From the NCBI RefSeq assembly GCF_009914755.1, contig NC_060926.1: a stretch of 64,000 nt of DNA; one strand, 5' to 3'. The first letter of the stretch is position 1. The number at the start of each line of letters is the position of its first letter. This document shows positions 31,195-43,828 of this stretch, piece after piece. Under the pieces are notes generated by a model. The model was not told where the DNA came from, ran no database searches, and was given only the letters and a program-made list of their open reading frames with translations. Source of the DNA: the human T2T-CHM13v2.0 reference genome, Homo sapiens. The position numbers and the translations under genes are program-made.

Positions 31195-31410
31195 TGGTCA
31201 TGTACTAATTGCTCACTATGTGCCTTGCACTGATAGGCACTCCATATACATTAACTCCAAACCAAGGTAGATATTAGAATTCTCATTCTATAAATAAGGC
31301 TTTCAAGTCTCCAAGAAGTGAAGCACCTTGTCCAAGGTCACCTAGCCACAAAGATTTAAACCCAGGCCTGGGGCCTGCAGCACAGTCCTTTGACTCTACC
31401 ACGCTACCTG
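31195..31410 (+). mobile_element. MIR
   Basis: 'ctcactatgtgcc...ccttgtccaaggtcacctagc...gatttaaacccagg'. Confidence 0.7.
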
Positions 31411-32349
31411 GCATCATGCACCCAGCAGACCCAGCAGACAGAGCCAGAAACTCACTCACCATCCAGGACCTGGATTTATTGCATTTGATATTCACACCTT
31501 TTTACAGAGAGGATCTACAGATTTCATCAGCTGTGAACAACAACAAAAAGAGTACGTAGGAATTCCAAAATCCTGTAATAACAATGAAAATCACGGTAAG
31601 AGTAATATTTTGGAAGACTGTTCTCTGGTTCAAGGCCTTACACTAAGCGCCTTCCCGCCTGGCCGTGGGGAGGGACTTAGCATGTCCCAGGCAGCTCAAC
31701 TTTGCAGAAAAGGAGCATCTCCCATCCCTTCCACAGGCAGCAGCTTTCTCCAGTCCATGCTTCAGAGACAGAGGCACCCTGCCGAAGTCCCTCCATTCCT
31801 GAGGGTGCAGTGACCCCACGTGGCCAATTCCAAATGTAGCCACTTGATGGACATTGGGCTGTGACTGCTATTTCTTCTTCATTTAAGCAATTCTCCAATT
31901 GCTGTCTTTTGCTGAAGTTTTGCTTTCATTCCACTGAGGAGGAGAGGCAACAGAGGCGGCTTGGAATGGGAAGGGCGGGGCTGAGCTTGCAGGGACAATG
32001 TCCACCTAGCCTGCTGGCCACAAGGACCCTCCAGCTCTGAAGGTGCGCTGAGAGCGACCCCTTCGGGCCACATTGGAGGGGCAGCAACAGGTGATCTGGA
32101 TGGCTGGCCTGAAGCCTTCTAGGCCCCAACCAGGCTGCTGCATCGCAGAGAAAGGAGAGAGAGAGACAGATGAGACCAAGGAAACTCTGCACTGAGTCAC
32201 CCCCAGACTCAGGAGGGGGAAATGGGGGGCTGTCATGTGAGAGCTGGGAGGGCCCATGGGGTTATCAAAGTCATGGCCACATTTTATAAAGACAGCGAGG
32301 GCCAGAGTGTGACAAGGTCTCTCCTTAAAGCCGCCCACTAATATGTGTG

Positions 32350-32760
32350 AGCCGGTGAGGAACTGCATGTGGCTGCTACCAACATATGCCGAGTCACAGG
32401 GGCTTCAGCTAGGTAGGGGTGTCTTTCTCTTATGTAATCTGAAATTTCTCAGAAGCAGGTGGTCCAGGGCTGCTAGGGAGGCCCCACGATGTCATGAGAG
32501 ACCCCAACTCTGTCTTCTGCTTCACCAGTCCTAAAACATGGCATTTCTCCACAAGCCTACATCATGGTCATGACATCTGCTTCAGCTCCCCTCTCACTCC
32601 TGAGTCCCAGGCAGGGAAAAGAAAGAAGAGGGAAAGCTCAGAGGCCGACTGTCAGAAGCATAAGCTTCCCCTTCAATAGCATTTCCTGAGGTTTCACCCA
32701 ATAACTTCCTTTTATCGTATTGGCCATTGGAACTGTAGTTTGTAAGCTGAGCGTATTCCT
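32350..32760 (-). mobile_element. Old ERVL/MaLR LTR (MLT1 or LTR33-like)
   Basis: 'gcaggtggtccagggctg...ccacgatgtcat...acttccttttatcgtattggcca' motif set. Confidence 0.5.
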
Positions 32761-32819
32761 AGAAGGAAGGAGAGAATGAAGATATAGATTACTAGAGGCC
32801 TCACCCATCTCCACTCGGG

Positions 32820-33030
32820 ATAATAACAGCTACCATTTCTTTGGAGCTTACTATGTTTACATGAATTTATCTATCCTCAGAATAACCCTGGCAGATGAGT
32901 TTGTTATCCCATTTCACAGGTGAGGAAAGTGAAGTTTAGTGAGCTTAGGTTAACTGAACCACACCTAGTGAGGGCTGGGGACAAAATCTGAAACTAGATA
33001 TGACTCAAATCCTACAGTCTTCACCTTACA
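32820..33030 (+). mobile_element. MIR
   Basis: 'taataacagctacc...cccatttcacaggtgaggaaagtgaag'. Confidence 0.75.
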
Positions 33031-33930
33031 GCACCTAACAAAGGGGCAGAGACACAGGACTCAGGCTTCCAAAGCTATGTTACAAAGCCACTCTCCCTTG
33101 GCGTGGTAACCACTGATACTTCCCTGTAAATGGAGGAAGCAGCATGAAAACAGGCTTTTTGAGGAAGGAGCTGCGGCCGCTGTCACCATTGTTGGGAAGG
33201 ACAGAGCACTATACTCGGTTTGTATCTAGTAAGCAAGTTTGCCCAAGAGTTCATTTCCCCAGACTCTTAATCCGTTCTCTGACCTGCTGTCACTCTTACA
33301 GACTCCAGGAGAAACCTTCCACATATCTGTGAAACTAGGTGATTTTGGTTTCACCATGATCAGTAAAAGATAATCAGTTCATCCTCTTTTACTATTTATA
33401 CAGCTGTGTCCAGGATTTTGTAAAAAATCTTTTAAATGTACAATAAAGGTAAATCCTTTGGCTTTGTGAAAAGGTCCTTGGCTTCATAAAAGGACTCATT
33501 CCAGGGCTCCTTTAAGTGAAGGTCTCCAATATCTTTAAATATAAAATATTTTAAAGTAATAGCCACTCAAGAAAGAGGCCTGAGCACAGAGAAACTTAAA
33601 GCTAGAGTGTGTGACACAGCGCCACCTGAAGATCAAGCGGAGATGAAGAAGGGTAGCTATGTAGGTCAGCGGGGAAATGGAGCTGGTTGACAACAGGATC
33701 TTCCAACTGGCCTCTTTGACAGAGGGACGTCCAACTCTGCCTAGGGCATGTGACAGTGGAGAGACATCTAGGGTGGTCCTGCTTCACAATGATATGGCCT
33801 ATGGTTTGTCGTCTTGAAGCCATTCGTCCTGGGTTCTCAGCGAAGCCTTGTCAACGTCGCTGATGTATCCCAAATCTTTGGAAAGCAGGGAAATCCTGCT
33901 CGCAGCTCATACCCGGGCTCTCCAGTCCCC

Positions 33931-33962
33931 TGCAGTACTGGAGGATGTCCAGCAGGTGGCGC
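33931..33962 (+). promoter_or_regulatory. CTCF site with upstream (ZF9-11) module
   Basis: TGCAGTACT-9 nt-CCAGCAGGTGGCGC: perfect core plus U-motif at canonical spacing. Confidence 0.75.
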
Positions 33963-34309
33963 AAAAGACAAGGGCTCGCCTTACCCATCTCTTGTCCTTA
34001 TGAAGGAAATTTGACCAAAATGACAGCCCCCTCCTTCCTTCCCCTCCCTCCTTTCCTTCCTTCCATCCTCTCCTTCTCTTCTGTCCCTCTCTTTCTTCTT
34101 TATTCATTGAATCATCAAGTATCCATGAAAGACTACAAGCAGAGCTCTGTGCAAGATAATGGGGGGATGAATTAGGACAGGGTCCTTTGCCTTTGAGGAA
34201 CCTGGAGTATAATAAAAAAGTAAAATAATAAACAACCGAAATACAGGAGGTGGCACAGGCTTCTGAGGGAGCAGTGTCACTCTTGAGCTGTATCATCGCA
34301 GCCTGCAGG

Positions 34310-34500
34310 TTCTGGAGTCAGACCAACCTGTCTTGTCTGTCTTCTGGTCCCGATTCCACACTTGCTGCAACCTTGTGCAAGCGCCTTAATGCCTCAAAGC
34401 CTCCGTTTCCTTATCTGTAAAATGAGGATAACAATAGATTGTCCTATGACATGTTCATAAGGTTGGCATAAGGAGTTAACATACCTAAAACATTTAGCAC
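34310..34500 (-). mobile_element. MIR
   Basis: 'ctggagtcagacc...cctccgtttccttatctgtaaaatgagg...aaaacatttagcac'. Confidence 0.75.
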
Positions 34501-37500
34501 ATTTTTTAAAAAACCAAAACGTTATTTAAAACATATAACTCATTCGTTCTTGCATGCATTCATTTATTCTATAGGCATTTGCATGACAACCATGTGAAGA
34601 AGGCTGTCCTTGTTATTATAGGAGGTACAAAGTAAATAGAAGGAATACTTCTCAGTGTGGGGATTTGCAGTCAGGGTGAATATTTCTTCAACATCTTCTT
34701 GAACACTTTTCTCTGTGACAGTCAAAATCAGCCTGGACTGAAAAGAGAAGAAAGCAGCCTAGCTGTTAATCCCGCTGGGAGGACACACTCTGATAAAGCC
34801 AGCTGCAGCATCCGCCGAAAATGCCATTTCTCCCGGGGTCAACCTATAGCTGGAAAATGCCAGGATGATCTCCCTTGAGTGAGCACTGCTTCCTCACCAA
34901 TCGTGCCCTAGAGCCGCTTTGCTGCACCCCTCTTTTGCTACGAATCCCCAAATGCTGAGCCCTCCTTGCTCTTGCTGGCACCCAAACAGTAGTCAATCCT
35001 GCTGTTCCTGAGACTGTCTTGGAAACAGCAGCCAGCACAGGATGGATCCCACTTCCTCAGACCCTCATCAGAGTCTCCAGGGAGAGCCCAGACCTTCTAG
35101 AAGGGGCTTCCCTCCCCCTCCCCCACCAAGTGTGCAGCACTCCCAGATTCTAAAGTCATGTCAGTCAGTGGCATTTTTCGGACCGAGGGGTGCATGGTGG
35201 TCTTCGGCAGATGGAAACTCACTTTTGCGAGCTCCCTGATAGCGGGGTGCAGGCCTCCACCTCCTCAGAGGCCCGCATGAGAAATCTTGGCAGGGAGGGA
35301 GGCAAGGGAGGAACGGGGCTCAGCTGGAATCCTGACTTCAGCAAAGGCGATGGAGGAAAGTTAAGGGCAGTGGCTGCAGTTATGTGAATCAGATGCAGCC
35401 CCAGCAGAGCTTCTGGTGCCCAGGCTGGAGCACCCCCAAGTGCCCCTTGAGCTATGAGCATCCAGCGAGACACTGGGCGTGCACAGCCTTATGGTGGGCT
35501 GTGGCATCGAACCACTGAATGAGAGAAGGTCTCTAGTAGAATCCGCCCTTCCTTCCTCCCCTCCCTCCTGCCTCCATCTTTCCCTTCCTTCTTCCCTCCC
35601 TCCTTCCTTCCACAAGCATCTTTGTGCAGGAACTGTGTTGAGTGTTGGGGGCACAGATGCCTCTGGCCAGTCCCCACATCCCCAGGCTTCTGAAGATTTC
35701 ATCATGACACAGTGACAGTGGAGGGACAATCTCCCAGGTGGGGCGGCATCTGGGGGCAGGTGGCACCTGTGCACCCTTGAGCATGGGTTTGAGGGCACCC
35801 TACCGTTCCATTTTTGGGGTCTGGGCCAACATGCAGATCTGAGCCTCTGCAGGCCTGTGAGGCTGGTTCCGCTCAGCTGGCACCTTGGTTATCTGCTGAG
35901 CAGTAGCGACTGCTCTTTCAGGCCACAGTGTGTGCCACCAGGCCCATGTTAGGGATCTTAGGTCTCAGGGGTGTGTGGAATACCACGCCCCTCACTCTCC
36001 CTGGGTATGGAAGGGTGTGAGACACAGCACACTCTCCTCCCTAGCCAGACTGCAGGGATCTCCACCTCCTCCCCTAGAAATAAGGGTACTGTATGCATAG
36101 TGCTAGGAGTCAGAGCCCCCACCTCAGGACTGGGAGGAGGAAGAAAAAGGGCCCTGGGGCATGGAGAAATGTCTGACTCTCATCTCCCAACACACACACC
36201 CACCCTTCTCCTTCTCCCCAGCCCTAAGCCCTCCCTCCCCACAGGGAGTGTCAGCTGGGTGCAGGTGCTCGCTTCACGCATGCTGTGCTGAATCTTCTGG
36301 ACGCTCCCACACTGCCTGGCCTGACTCCACCCTTCGGAGGCCATGCGCTCTGTGAAAGGGCATTGGCGGCAGTTGTGTGAATCAGAAGCAGTGGTCCTGC
36401 CTGAGACCGTGGTCCGGCCAGAGGCAGGGATCCAGGAGGCCTGGGGCCTAGCATAGGCCCAGGTTAGTCTGTGACCTTAGCAGTTCACTCCCTTACTTTG
36501 AGTTTGAGTGAGGGGTTGGGTCGCTGTGTCCCCAGGGAAAAATTTCCCTTTGGAAACCCAGACATTTCAACCTGCAGAGCTCAGAATTCAGGGCATGGGA
36601 AGCACAGATGCTCCAAGTTGGCTTCTGGGAGCTGGAGTCAGCACATCTTGGTTTCCAGACCTGAGGGCTTTCTACTGGGGACAAAGTGTCATGTAAAAGT
36701 GCTTGATCCCAAGTGCCTCCTGCATCCTGGAGGACAGCATCCCATTCTTGTCAGGTAGTGCCTGTGAGCTGGCACTAGGCCTTTAACAGCCATGCCAATT
36801 TCCTATAAGATCAGAAGCTCCTGTCTAGTTCAGTAGGTGACAGGCATCCACCATCACAGCCCATGCTGCGTCCTTCACAATGGAGGTGCTGTCCACTGCC
36901 GACAAAGCCAACACTCCATGAGCCCTGTCTTAGTGCTTCTGATGGAGGCCCTCTGGTTGGGAGAGAAATCTGTACTCAGAGTAGCAGTCTATTTAGATTT
37001 CAGAATGAGTCAGTGGCCCTTCGGCTTTCTATCAAGTTCAGTATTTGTCTCCATTACTGGCAGACTGGACACTTGGTGGAAGCAGTAGCTACATTATCTT
37101 TGGTAAGTAGAAGGCTGTGCCATTGGGCTCACTCATAGCCTCCATCCCTGCCACCATTGTGCCAGCACTGGGGGGCCAATGACACAGGCTGGCCCATGTT
37201 ACCTGACTGAGTCATTTCGCCTACTTGGCTGCTAGGAGCGTCTTCTGTGGTGGATGCTCTCCAGTGAGCACTATCATGTAATAAGACTGTCATCACGCTC
37301 TCCGCCTGCCACTCCCATGTGCCTACCCGCATGCCTCTACCGGACCTCCCTGCCCCAGATCTTGCAGCCTTTGTCTTTCCAGGCTCCTGAAGCCAGACAA
37401 GCCATTTGGCACTGCCCACGAGTCCATGTATATTCTAACTCTGGCCTAGTTTTCCTTCCACACAAAGTGGATGACCAGGTACTCTGCCCCAAATTCTGCC

Positions 37501-37990
37501 CATTGGGAGCTTTCTCCATCGCTACTGTCTTTCGAGGCCACCCTTGATCAAGGCTGTATGCAGCTGCCATCTATGTGCAGCTCACACAAACACGTCAAGC
37601 CCACTTGAGCATGAACTGAGCTTGGATGTTTTCTTCCTCCTTTGGTTATACAGAATTCCCCACATAGCCATGGGTATGAACTGGTAAGATGCAGTGGTAC
37701 ACACATGGTGGATGACAGAGGTCTGAGCTATGTTTGTGTAGTGTGCCCTGGTCCTGCTCGTGTGTGACTGTAGGGATACCACTTTCATCTTAAGATGGAT
37801 TTTTGCTGACCCGCCTCATCTTATATGATGGTTCTGCCCAACCCTAACTCATTGGGGCAGCTGTGGCTGCATGTCCACTTTCTGCCATGGCCAAGGGCTC
37901 TGTCTCCACCAGGACCCAGCAGCATGCTGGCAGTCTTGTGATTCTCCTATTATAATTTGCAATAAATTCCACACAGCTCCTTTCTTCTGT

Positions 37991-38413
37991 TGTATTATTT
38001 TGCTAGGGTTGCTATAATAAAGTACCACAATTGAAAGCCTTAAACAACTGCAATTTATTTTCTTGCAGTTGTGAAGGCTAGAAGTCAGGATCAAGGTGTC
38101 AGCAGGGTTCGTCCCCTCTAAGGGATGAGAGGGAAGTGTGTGCTCCAGGCCTCTCTCCTGGGCTTGCAGATGACTATCTTTCCCCTGTGTCTTTACATGA
38201 GCTTCCTCCCTGGATGTAGTTGTGTCCAAATTTTCTCTTATATGGACACCAGTCATATTGGATTAGGGCCTACCCTAATGACCTCATTTTACCTTTATTA
38301 ACTCTTCTGCAGTGACCCTGTTTGGGTCACATTCTAAGGTACTTGGATTTAGGACTTCAACATATGAATTTCTGTGGCAGGGGGATGTCAGCTGACACAA
38401 TTCAGCCCATAAT
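37991..38413 (-). mobile_element. MLT1A/B/C LTR inserted into ERVL pol
   Basis: 'tgctagggttgctataataaagtaccaca...ggattagggcctaccctaatgacctcatttt...cacaattcagcccataa'. Confidence 0.85.
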
Positions 38414-40682
38414 ACCCTCCAGTGATCCTCTTCATGTCTTAGTCGGCCAGGTGATGTGCCCAAGTGTCAGTGCCCCACGGACCACAGCCTGGGCCCCGTG
38501 CAGAGCTCTTTCCTGCTCTTGGCCCTCCCCAAAGCAGGCAGCTTTTCATTTCACCCAGGACACAGTTCTGAGCAACACTCCCAGATGTGTCATATGCTGC
38601 CTCCAAAACCCAAAGAAGTTTACAAGGTACTGTGCTTCTTTCTTCATGGTAGGAGGTGCAAGATGCAGTGATTTGTCCTGAATGCCCCTCATCCCTGCCT
38701 CCCTAGAAATTTCGTTGATGTGGCAAAGTCCCTGAATCATTGTAAGGTTTATCTCCAATCCTCTGGCATGCATGTGTTTTACCCAGGCCTCTGATGTGCT
38801 AGCCACTTCTTGCTCATCCAGTTTGAGTGGCCTCAGTGATGTAATAGATTGTGACTTGATGCTCTACAAATCTTCTAGATGGTCCAGATCTCTTCCTACT
38901 TTAATTATGACAGAGGGCAGGCAGGTCAACATTAGCCCTGAGGCAAAACTATAAATGTACACATTGTTTCATGCGAAAGTAAAGTGCCTCTTTCCTGATA
39001 GAAAATGCTCTTGGAAAATCAATGTGTGTACACCATTTGCTACAGTCTAAGTGACTATGTCCTGGCAAAGATATAAAAATATATCTGGCACGGCAGATGG
39101 CAATCAGTGCTAATCCTCAGTTGAGTTTAGAAGAGTCTACTCTCATTTTCTAAGGTCAACCAGGAGTTTTCAATGGCAAGACTTGTAAGTTAAATAGATA
39201 AATCATGGGCTACAACCTCACATCCTCTAGATGTTTAACAGTGATGCTAAATTCTGCCACCCCTCCTGGGACATGATATTGTTGTTATTTACTGGAGTGG
39301 CTGAGGGGAAGAGGAAACAGTTTTGGAGGCTTCCACTTCCCCTCTTCACTGTAATAGCTCTTACCTCTCAGGCCAAGAATACTCTAAAATGTGTCCATTC
39401 TGATAATATATTTAAGTACCAGAAAAATGACCCACTGTGACCCAAATCCTGGCTGAGGCTGCATTTATTACCTGGTCCCCATGTACCCACTCTAATAGGG
39501 GTGTCACGATGATGTTTCATGTCCCTGGAAGCGGTGTGGACTTGGACCCCCAGAGTCCTTGAAATCCACCATCTCCCCTTCCCCCAGTGTACTGTTATCT
39601 GGGAGAACGGGTGATGGCACCTCTGGAGGAGGACTGGGGAACCCGGCCATGATATCGCAGGCCCTTCCACCTGGTTCTCTTCCTCAGTCAATGGCTTCTG
39701 GGTCTGAAAGCAGCTCAGACATGGAAACCAGTCCAAGGGAATGTGAATTTTGATTAGGACCAGACCCCTTTGCCTCCTCACCATCACTCCTGATTGCTTT
39801 TAGTGGGGCTGAGCGGCTCCCTGCTGGCCGTCTATTTTGCCCCGAGGGATGCACTGCTTTAATAACCACCTCTGTACCTATGAGCCAACAGCAGCCCTCC
39901 CTCCACTCCCCAAACACAGTACCTCATCACAGTCATCGTGCTCACCTGGCTTCTGGTGTTTCCACGTGGCCTCTGTTGTTTTGGAATTATACCATCCTGA
40001 TTGCCATGAGGGAGCCGAGTTCTGTAGCAGCCTCTCCTATCATCAGCTCTGGCTTGGACTTCAGTGTGGCTGGTGTCCCTTTCACCAGGATAATCTCCCA
40101 TCTCCTGGGCTCCATGTTAGTGTGCTAAATCCTGAATCCTAGGACAGCACTCCCAGATTGGCCAGCTCTCCTTTATTCAATGCTGTATACCAGTCCCCTG
40201 GATAAAACACCCTCAGGTTCCCACCCAGTGTACAGTTTCCTGGCTTCTGCTGGTCCATGCTGGCTAAGGTCTTACAGCTCCTGGGGAATATAGTGCTTCC
40301 CTCCCCCAACATCAGGCTCAGAACATCCCAGTGGGTTTTACTGATATTTCACCCTAGTTACAGGCTAAGTAACCAGGAGGGAAGGTGAGGGTAGATTCCG
40401 AGAGGCACGTGGCATCGGCCCCTGCAAGAAGAAGCTTTCGTACCATCATCTCCAAGCTACTTCTATAGGTTCAGGGGAATCTGGATATTCCGATTCTTCC
40501 ACTGGTTTCAGCTGGTGATTAACTATTCATATATTTTATCTTTTTCCAGAGCATTGGCCAATTTTAGCGATAGCTACCTAATTCCATTGTCCTTATAGTT
40601 ATGATTTACTCCATATTTCTCAAAGGGCTGATAGATTGCAGGAGCTAGTACACCATCCCAGTTCACGACCAGTGAACGTTTT

Positions 40683-41716
40683 TGTAGGGAAAAGAAAGAG
40701 AGATCAGACTGTTACTGTGTCTATATAGAAAAGGAAGACATAAGAAACTCCATTTTGACCTGTACCCTGAACAATTGCTTTGCCCTGAGATGCTGTTAAT
40801 CTGTAACTTTAGCCCCAACCTTGAGCTCACAGAAACATGTGTTGTATGGAACCAAGGTTTAAGAGATCTAGGGCTGTGCAGGATGTGCTTTGCTAACAAA
40901 ATGTTTACAAGCAGCATACTTGAATGTTTACAGGCAGCATACTTGAATGTTTACAGGCAGCATGCTTGATAAAAGTCACCACCATTCTCCATTCTCAGTA
41001 ACCAGGGGCACAATGCACTGCGGAAGGCCACAGGGACCTCTGCCCTGGAAAGCCGGGTATTGCCCAAGGTTTCTCCCCATGTGATAGCCTGATATACGGC
41101 CTCGTGGGATGGGAAAGACCTGACCATCCCCACAGCCCGACACCCATGAAGGGTCTGTGCTGAAGAGGATTAGTAAAAGAGGAAGGCCTCTTGCAGCTGA
41201 GATAAGAGGAAAACCTCTGTCTCCTGCCTGTCCCTGGGAACAGAATATCTCGGTATAAAACCCGATTGTACATTTGTTCTATTCTGAGATAGGAGAAAAA
41301 CTGCCTTGTGGCAGGAGGTGAGACATATTGGCAGCAACGCTGCTCTGTTACTCTTTACTCCACTGAGATATTTGGGTGGAGAAAAGCATAAATCTGGCCT
41401 ATGTGCACGTCCAGGCATAGTACCTTCCCTTGAACTTATTTGTGACACAGAATCCTTTGCTCACATGTTTTCTTGCTGACCTTCTCCCCACTATCACCCT
41501 GCTCTCCTGCCGCATTCCCCTTGTGGAGATAGTGAAAACAGTAATCAATAAATACTGAGGGAACTCAGAGACTGGTGCCGGTGCAGGTCCTCTGTATGCT
41601 GAGTGCCGGTCTCCTGGGCCCACTTGTCTTTCTCTATACTTTGTCTCGTCTTTTTTCTGTCTCTCGTCCCACCTGACAAGAAATACTCACAGGTGTAGAG
41701 GGGCTGGCCCCCTTCA
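40683..41716 (+). mobile_element. Solo HERV-K(HML-2) LTR5 (LTR5B-like, possibly LTR5A)
   Basis: TGTAGGGAAAAGAAAGAGAGATCAGACTG...GGCTGGCCCCCTTCA; perfect 6-bp TSD CGTTTT (40677-40682 / 41717-41722); TATAAAA ~41254 and AATAAA ~41546. Confidence 0.95.
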
Positions 41717-41844
41717 CGTTTTAAAAATTGGACTGTCACTTCATGATGGGGCTGTGTTCCACCTACCACCAGTGATAGGGGTTCTTATTGCTAGAAAAGT
41801 GGTGAGTGATCCAGCTCCAACCCCCACTCCTGGTACTAACTAAC

Positions 41845-42270
41845 CATTGCAGGCTGGCTCTAGGGAAGCAGATCTGAGACAAGGACTTAGCAGGCAAGGT
41901 GCTTATTAAGGAGTGTTCTTGGGACTCATGCCTAAGGAAGGAAGTGGCTGTGGGCAAAGGGAGAAGTCCAGCTGTCCTGCAGGTGCAGTGACAGTATCAG
42001 TTGAACGCAGAGCTCAGAGCAACCTGGCCCTTCAGAGTTGTCCCATGTGTGGCTGAGGTGGCTAGGCCTTTATGCAACGACTTTGATCAGTCACAGAATG
42101 TTAACTTTCCCAAAAAGGGAGAGCCTTTGGGTAAGGTGGCCCTGTGAAGGGGCAGGCAGCCAAAAGCCACCACCAGTAGAGCTCCCCGCAGCGGCAGCAA
42201 CCAGTCTCTCACTGAAGGGGAGGTGGGCCATGGACCACGGGTGCCCACCACAGAGAAATATGTTGGATCA
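41845..42270 (-). mobile_element. LTR16-like 5' LTR of the minus-strand ERVL
   Basis: 'ctagggaagcagatctgagacaaggacttagcaggcaagg...ggcccttcagagttgtccc' reverse LTR16 text adjacent to the PBS. Confidence 0.7.
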
Positions 42271-42654
42271 GTAAAAAATAAACCTTTGCCACGGAGAGCA
42301 CTGAGATGTGGGGGATGCTTCTTACCACAGCATCATGTAGCCCATCCTGACTGAAACACCTGACTTCATGTGGAAAGGAAGGAAAAGATCTCAAGAACAT
42401 AAAGAGGAACCTGTCCAGAAGCATACGCCTGTTCATTTTTAAACATATTGATTCAATAGTCATTCCAAGCATATTCAGGTGGGTGAGTGAGGTGGACAGT
42501 TTTGTTTATAATAAACCTTGGTTAGTTTTCACCAAATCCACTGGCTCAGGCCCCAGTCAGTGGACACAGTCACTGGGCCTGGAGGGAGGCCCAGCTGGGG
42601 ACACAGAGGTGGGCCACGGGGCCGGGAGGGGGCAGCTTTCTGGAGGAAAAGCCA

Positions 42655-42858
42655 AATGTTAAAATCAAATTAAATAAAAAATTTAGTTTCTCAGCCACAC
42701 TAACCACATCGTCAGTGCTCAAAAGTGACATGTGGCTGGTGGCTACCATACTGTACAGCACAAATACAGAGCATGTCTAAGTACTCATTTTCCTTATGAC
42801 TCCGAGCTTTATTTCCAACAATGTCCGTCATCACAGAAAGTTTCATCCAACAGTGCTG
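42655..42858. mobile_element. MER3/MER33-like MITE fragment
   Basis: 'ttctcagccacactaaccacat...gtgctc...catgtggctggtggctaccatactg...catcacagaaagtttc'. Confidence 0.65.
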
Positions 42859-42924
42859 AAGGAGTTAAGATTAGTCACTGCATGAGGAAGCGGGAAAATG
42901 CCTGATCCTTACAACTCACATATA

Positions 42925-43720
42925 AAAGACTTCATCAGAGGTTTTCCCAGATTTGACAACCATCCTATTTAAATGACATTACCAATAATGACTTGTGAAA
43001 ACTGAAACTTTTAGTCTATGATTTTTGCCCCATATCCATGTTAGAGGAAGAACTTAAATATCATTCTCTCTTTAGTAACCAACACAAGATTGTCCTAAGA
43101 AGAAAAAGATGATCAAAGAGTATGCAGGGTTAGGTGCAGTGGCTTATGCCTGCAATCTCACACTTTGGGAGGCCAAGGTGGGAGAACTGCTTGAGCCCAG
43201 GAATTTGAGACCAGCTTGGGCAACACAGCTAGACCTCGTCTCCATAGAAAGTAAAAAAATTAGCCGGGTATAGCGGCATGCACCTGTGGTCCCAGCTACT
43301 CAGAAGGTTGAGGCAGGACAATCCTTTGAACCCAAGAGGTTGAGGCTGCAGTGAGCTATGCTTGTACCACTGCCCTCCAGCCTGGATGACACAGCAAGAC
43401 CATGTCCCCCAAGAAGAAAATAAATAAATAAATAAACAAACAAACTAACCAGAGTATGTAGGTTAAAAAAAAGAAAAAAAAAGATGGGAAAGGTATCATA
43501 AAGGTGCCAGGAAGTTAATAAAAATACTTTTCAGTATTTTGTAGAGTGTGTTATGCTGTTTTAAATATTGTAATTTATGCCTCTAAAAATTCCAAATAAA
43601 TATATGCTTTCATAGTTAACTCAGTATTTGCAATTCATATTCCTTTTCTTAAGAAGCACTACCCCCTTCCTCCCAAATAAACAACTATACAAGCTTCAGT
43701 TCTTATTAAATCTTATCTGC
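42925..43720 (+). mobile_element. hAT (Tip100/Zaphod-like) transposase C-terminal remnant, split by an AluJ
   Basis: 'gaggttttcccagatttgacaac...atgacattaccaataatgacttgtgaa...ccatgttagaggaagaac' translates (with frameshifts) like the hAT dimerisation region VFP.L...MTLPI.TCE...SMLEE. Confidence 0.55.
43128..43450 (+). mobile_element. AluJ
   Basis: Divergent full Alu; TSD-like agagtatgcagg / agagtatgtagg. Confidence 0.92.
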
Positions 43721-43828
43721 CTTGGATAGAAATGATTTTTAAAAGTAATTATGGTTTTAAGCCAAAGCCATTGGCAGCCCTCTTTCCTTTTTTTTCCTAC
43801 TAAAATTAAATTGGAATCGTTCCACATC

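Larger units (their letters stand above)
36330..41840 (-). mobile_element. Degenerate ERVL-class internal region (HERV16/ERV3-16-like) with nested MLT1 and LTR5
   Basis: Pol-like peptide 'LHLAPPTMKKEAQYLVNFFGFWRQHMTHLG' (ORF 38546-38806 minus); Leu-type PBS (minus TAGTACCAGGAGTGGGG, ~41822-41838) abutting the LTR; PPT-like AAGGGTGGAGT at ~36324-36334. Confidence 0.75.

Noticed and set aside
34027-35610. Two (CCTT/CCCT)n pyrimidine tracts (34027-34100, 35545-35610) as H-DNA elements
   Set aside because: Common low-complexity repeats with imperfect mirror symmetry and no specific functional cue
40900-40968. CRISPR-like or prokaryotic repeat array
   Set aside because: Eukaryotic context; head-to-tail tandem units with no spacers, inside an LTR
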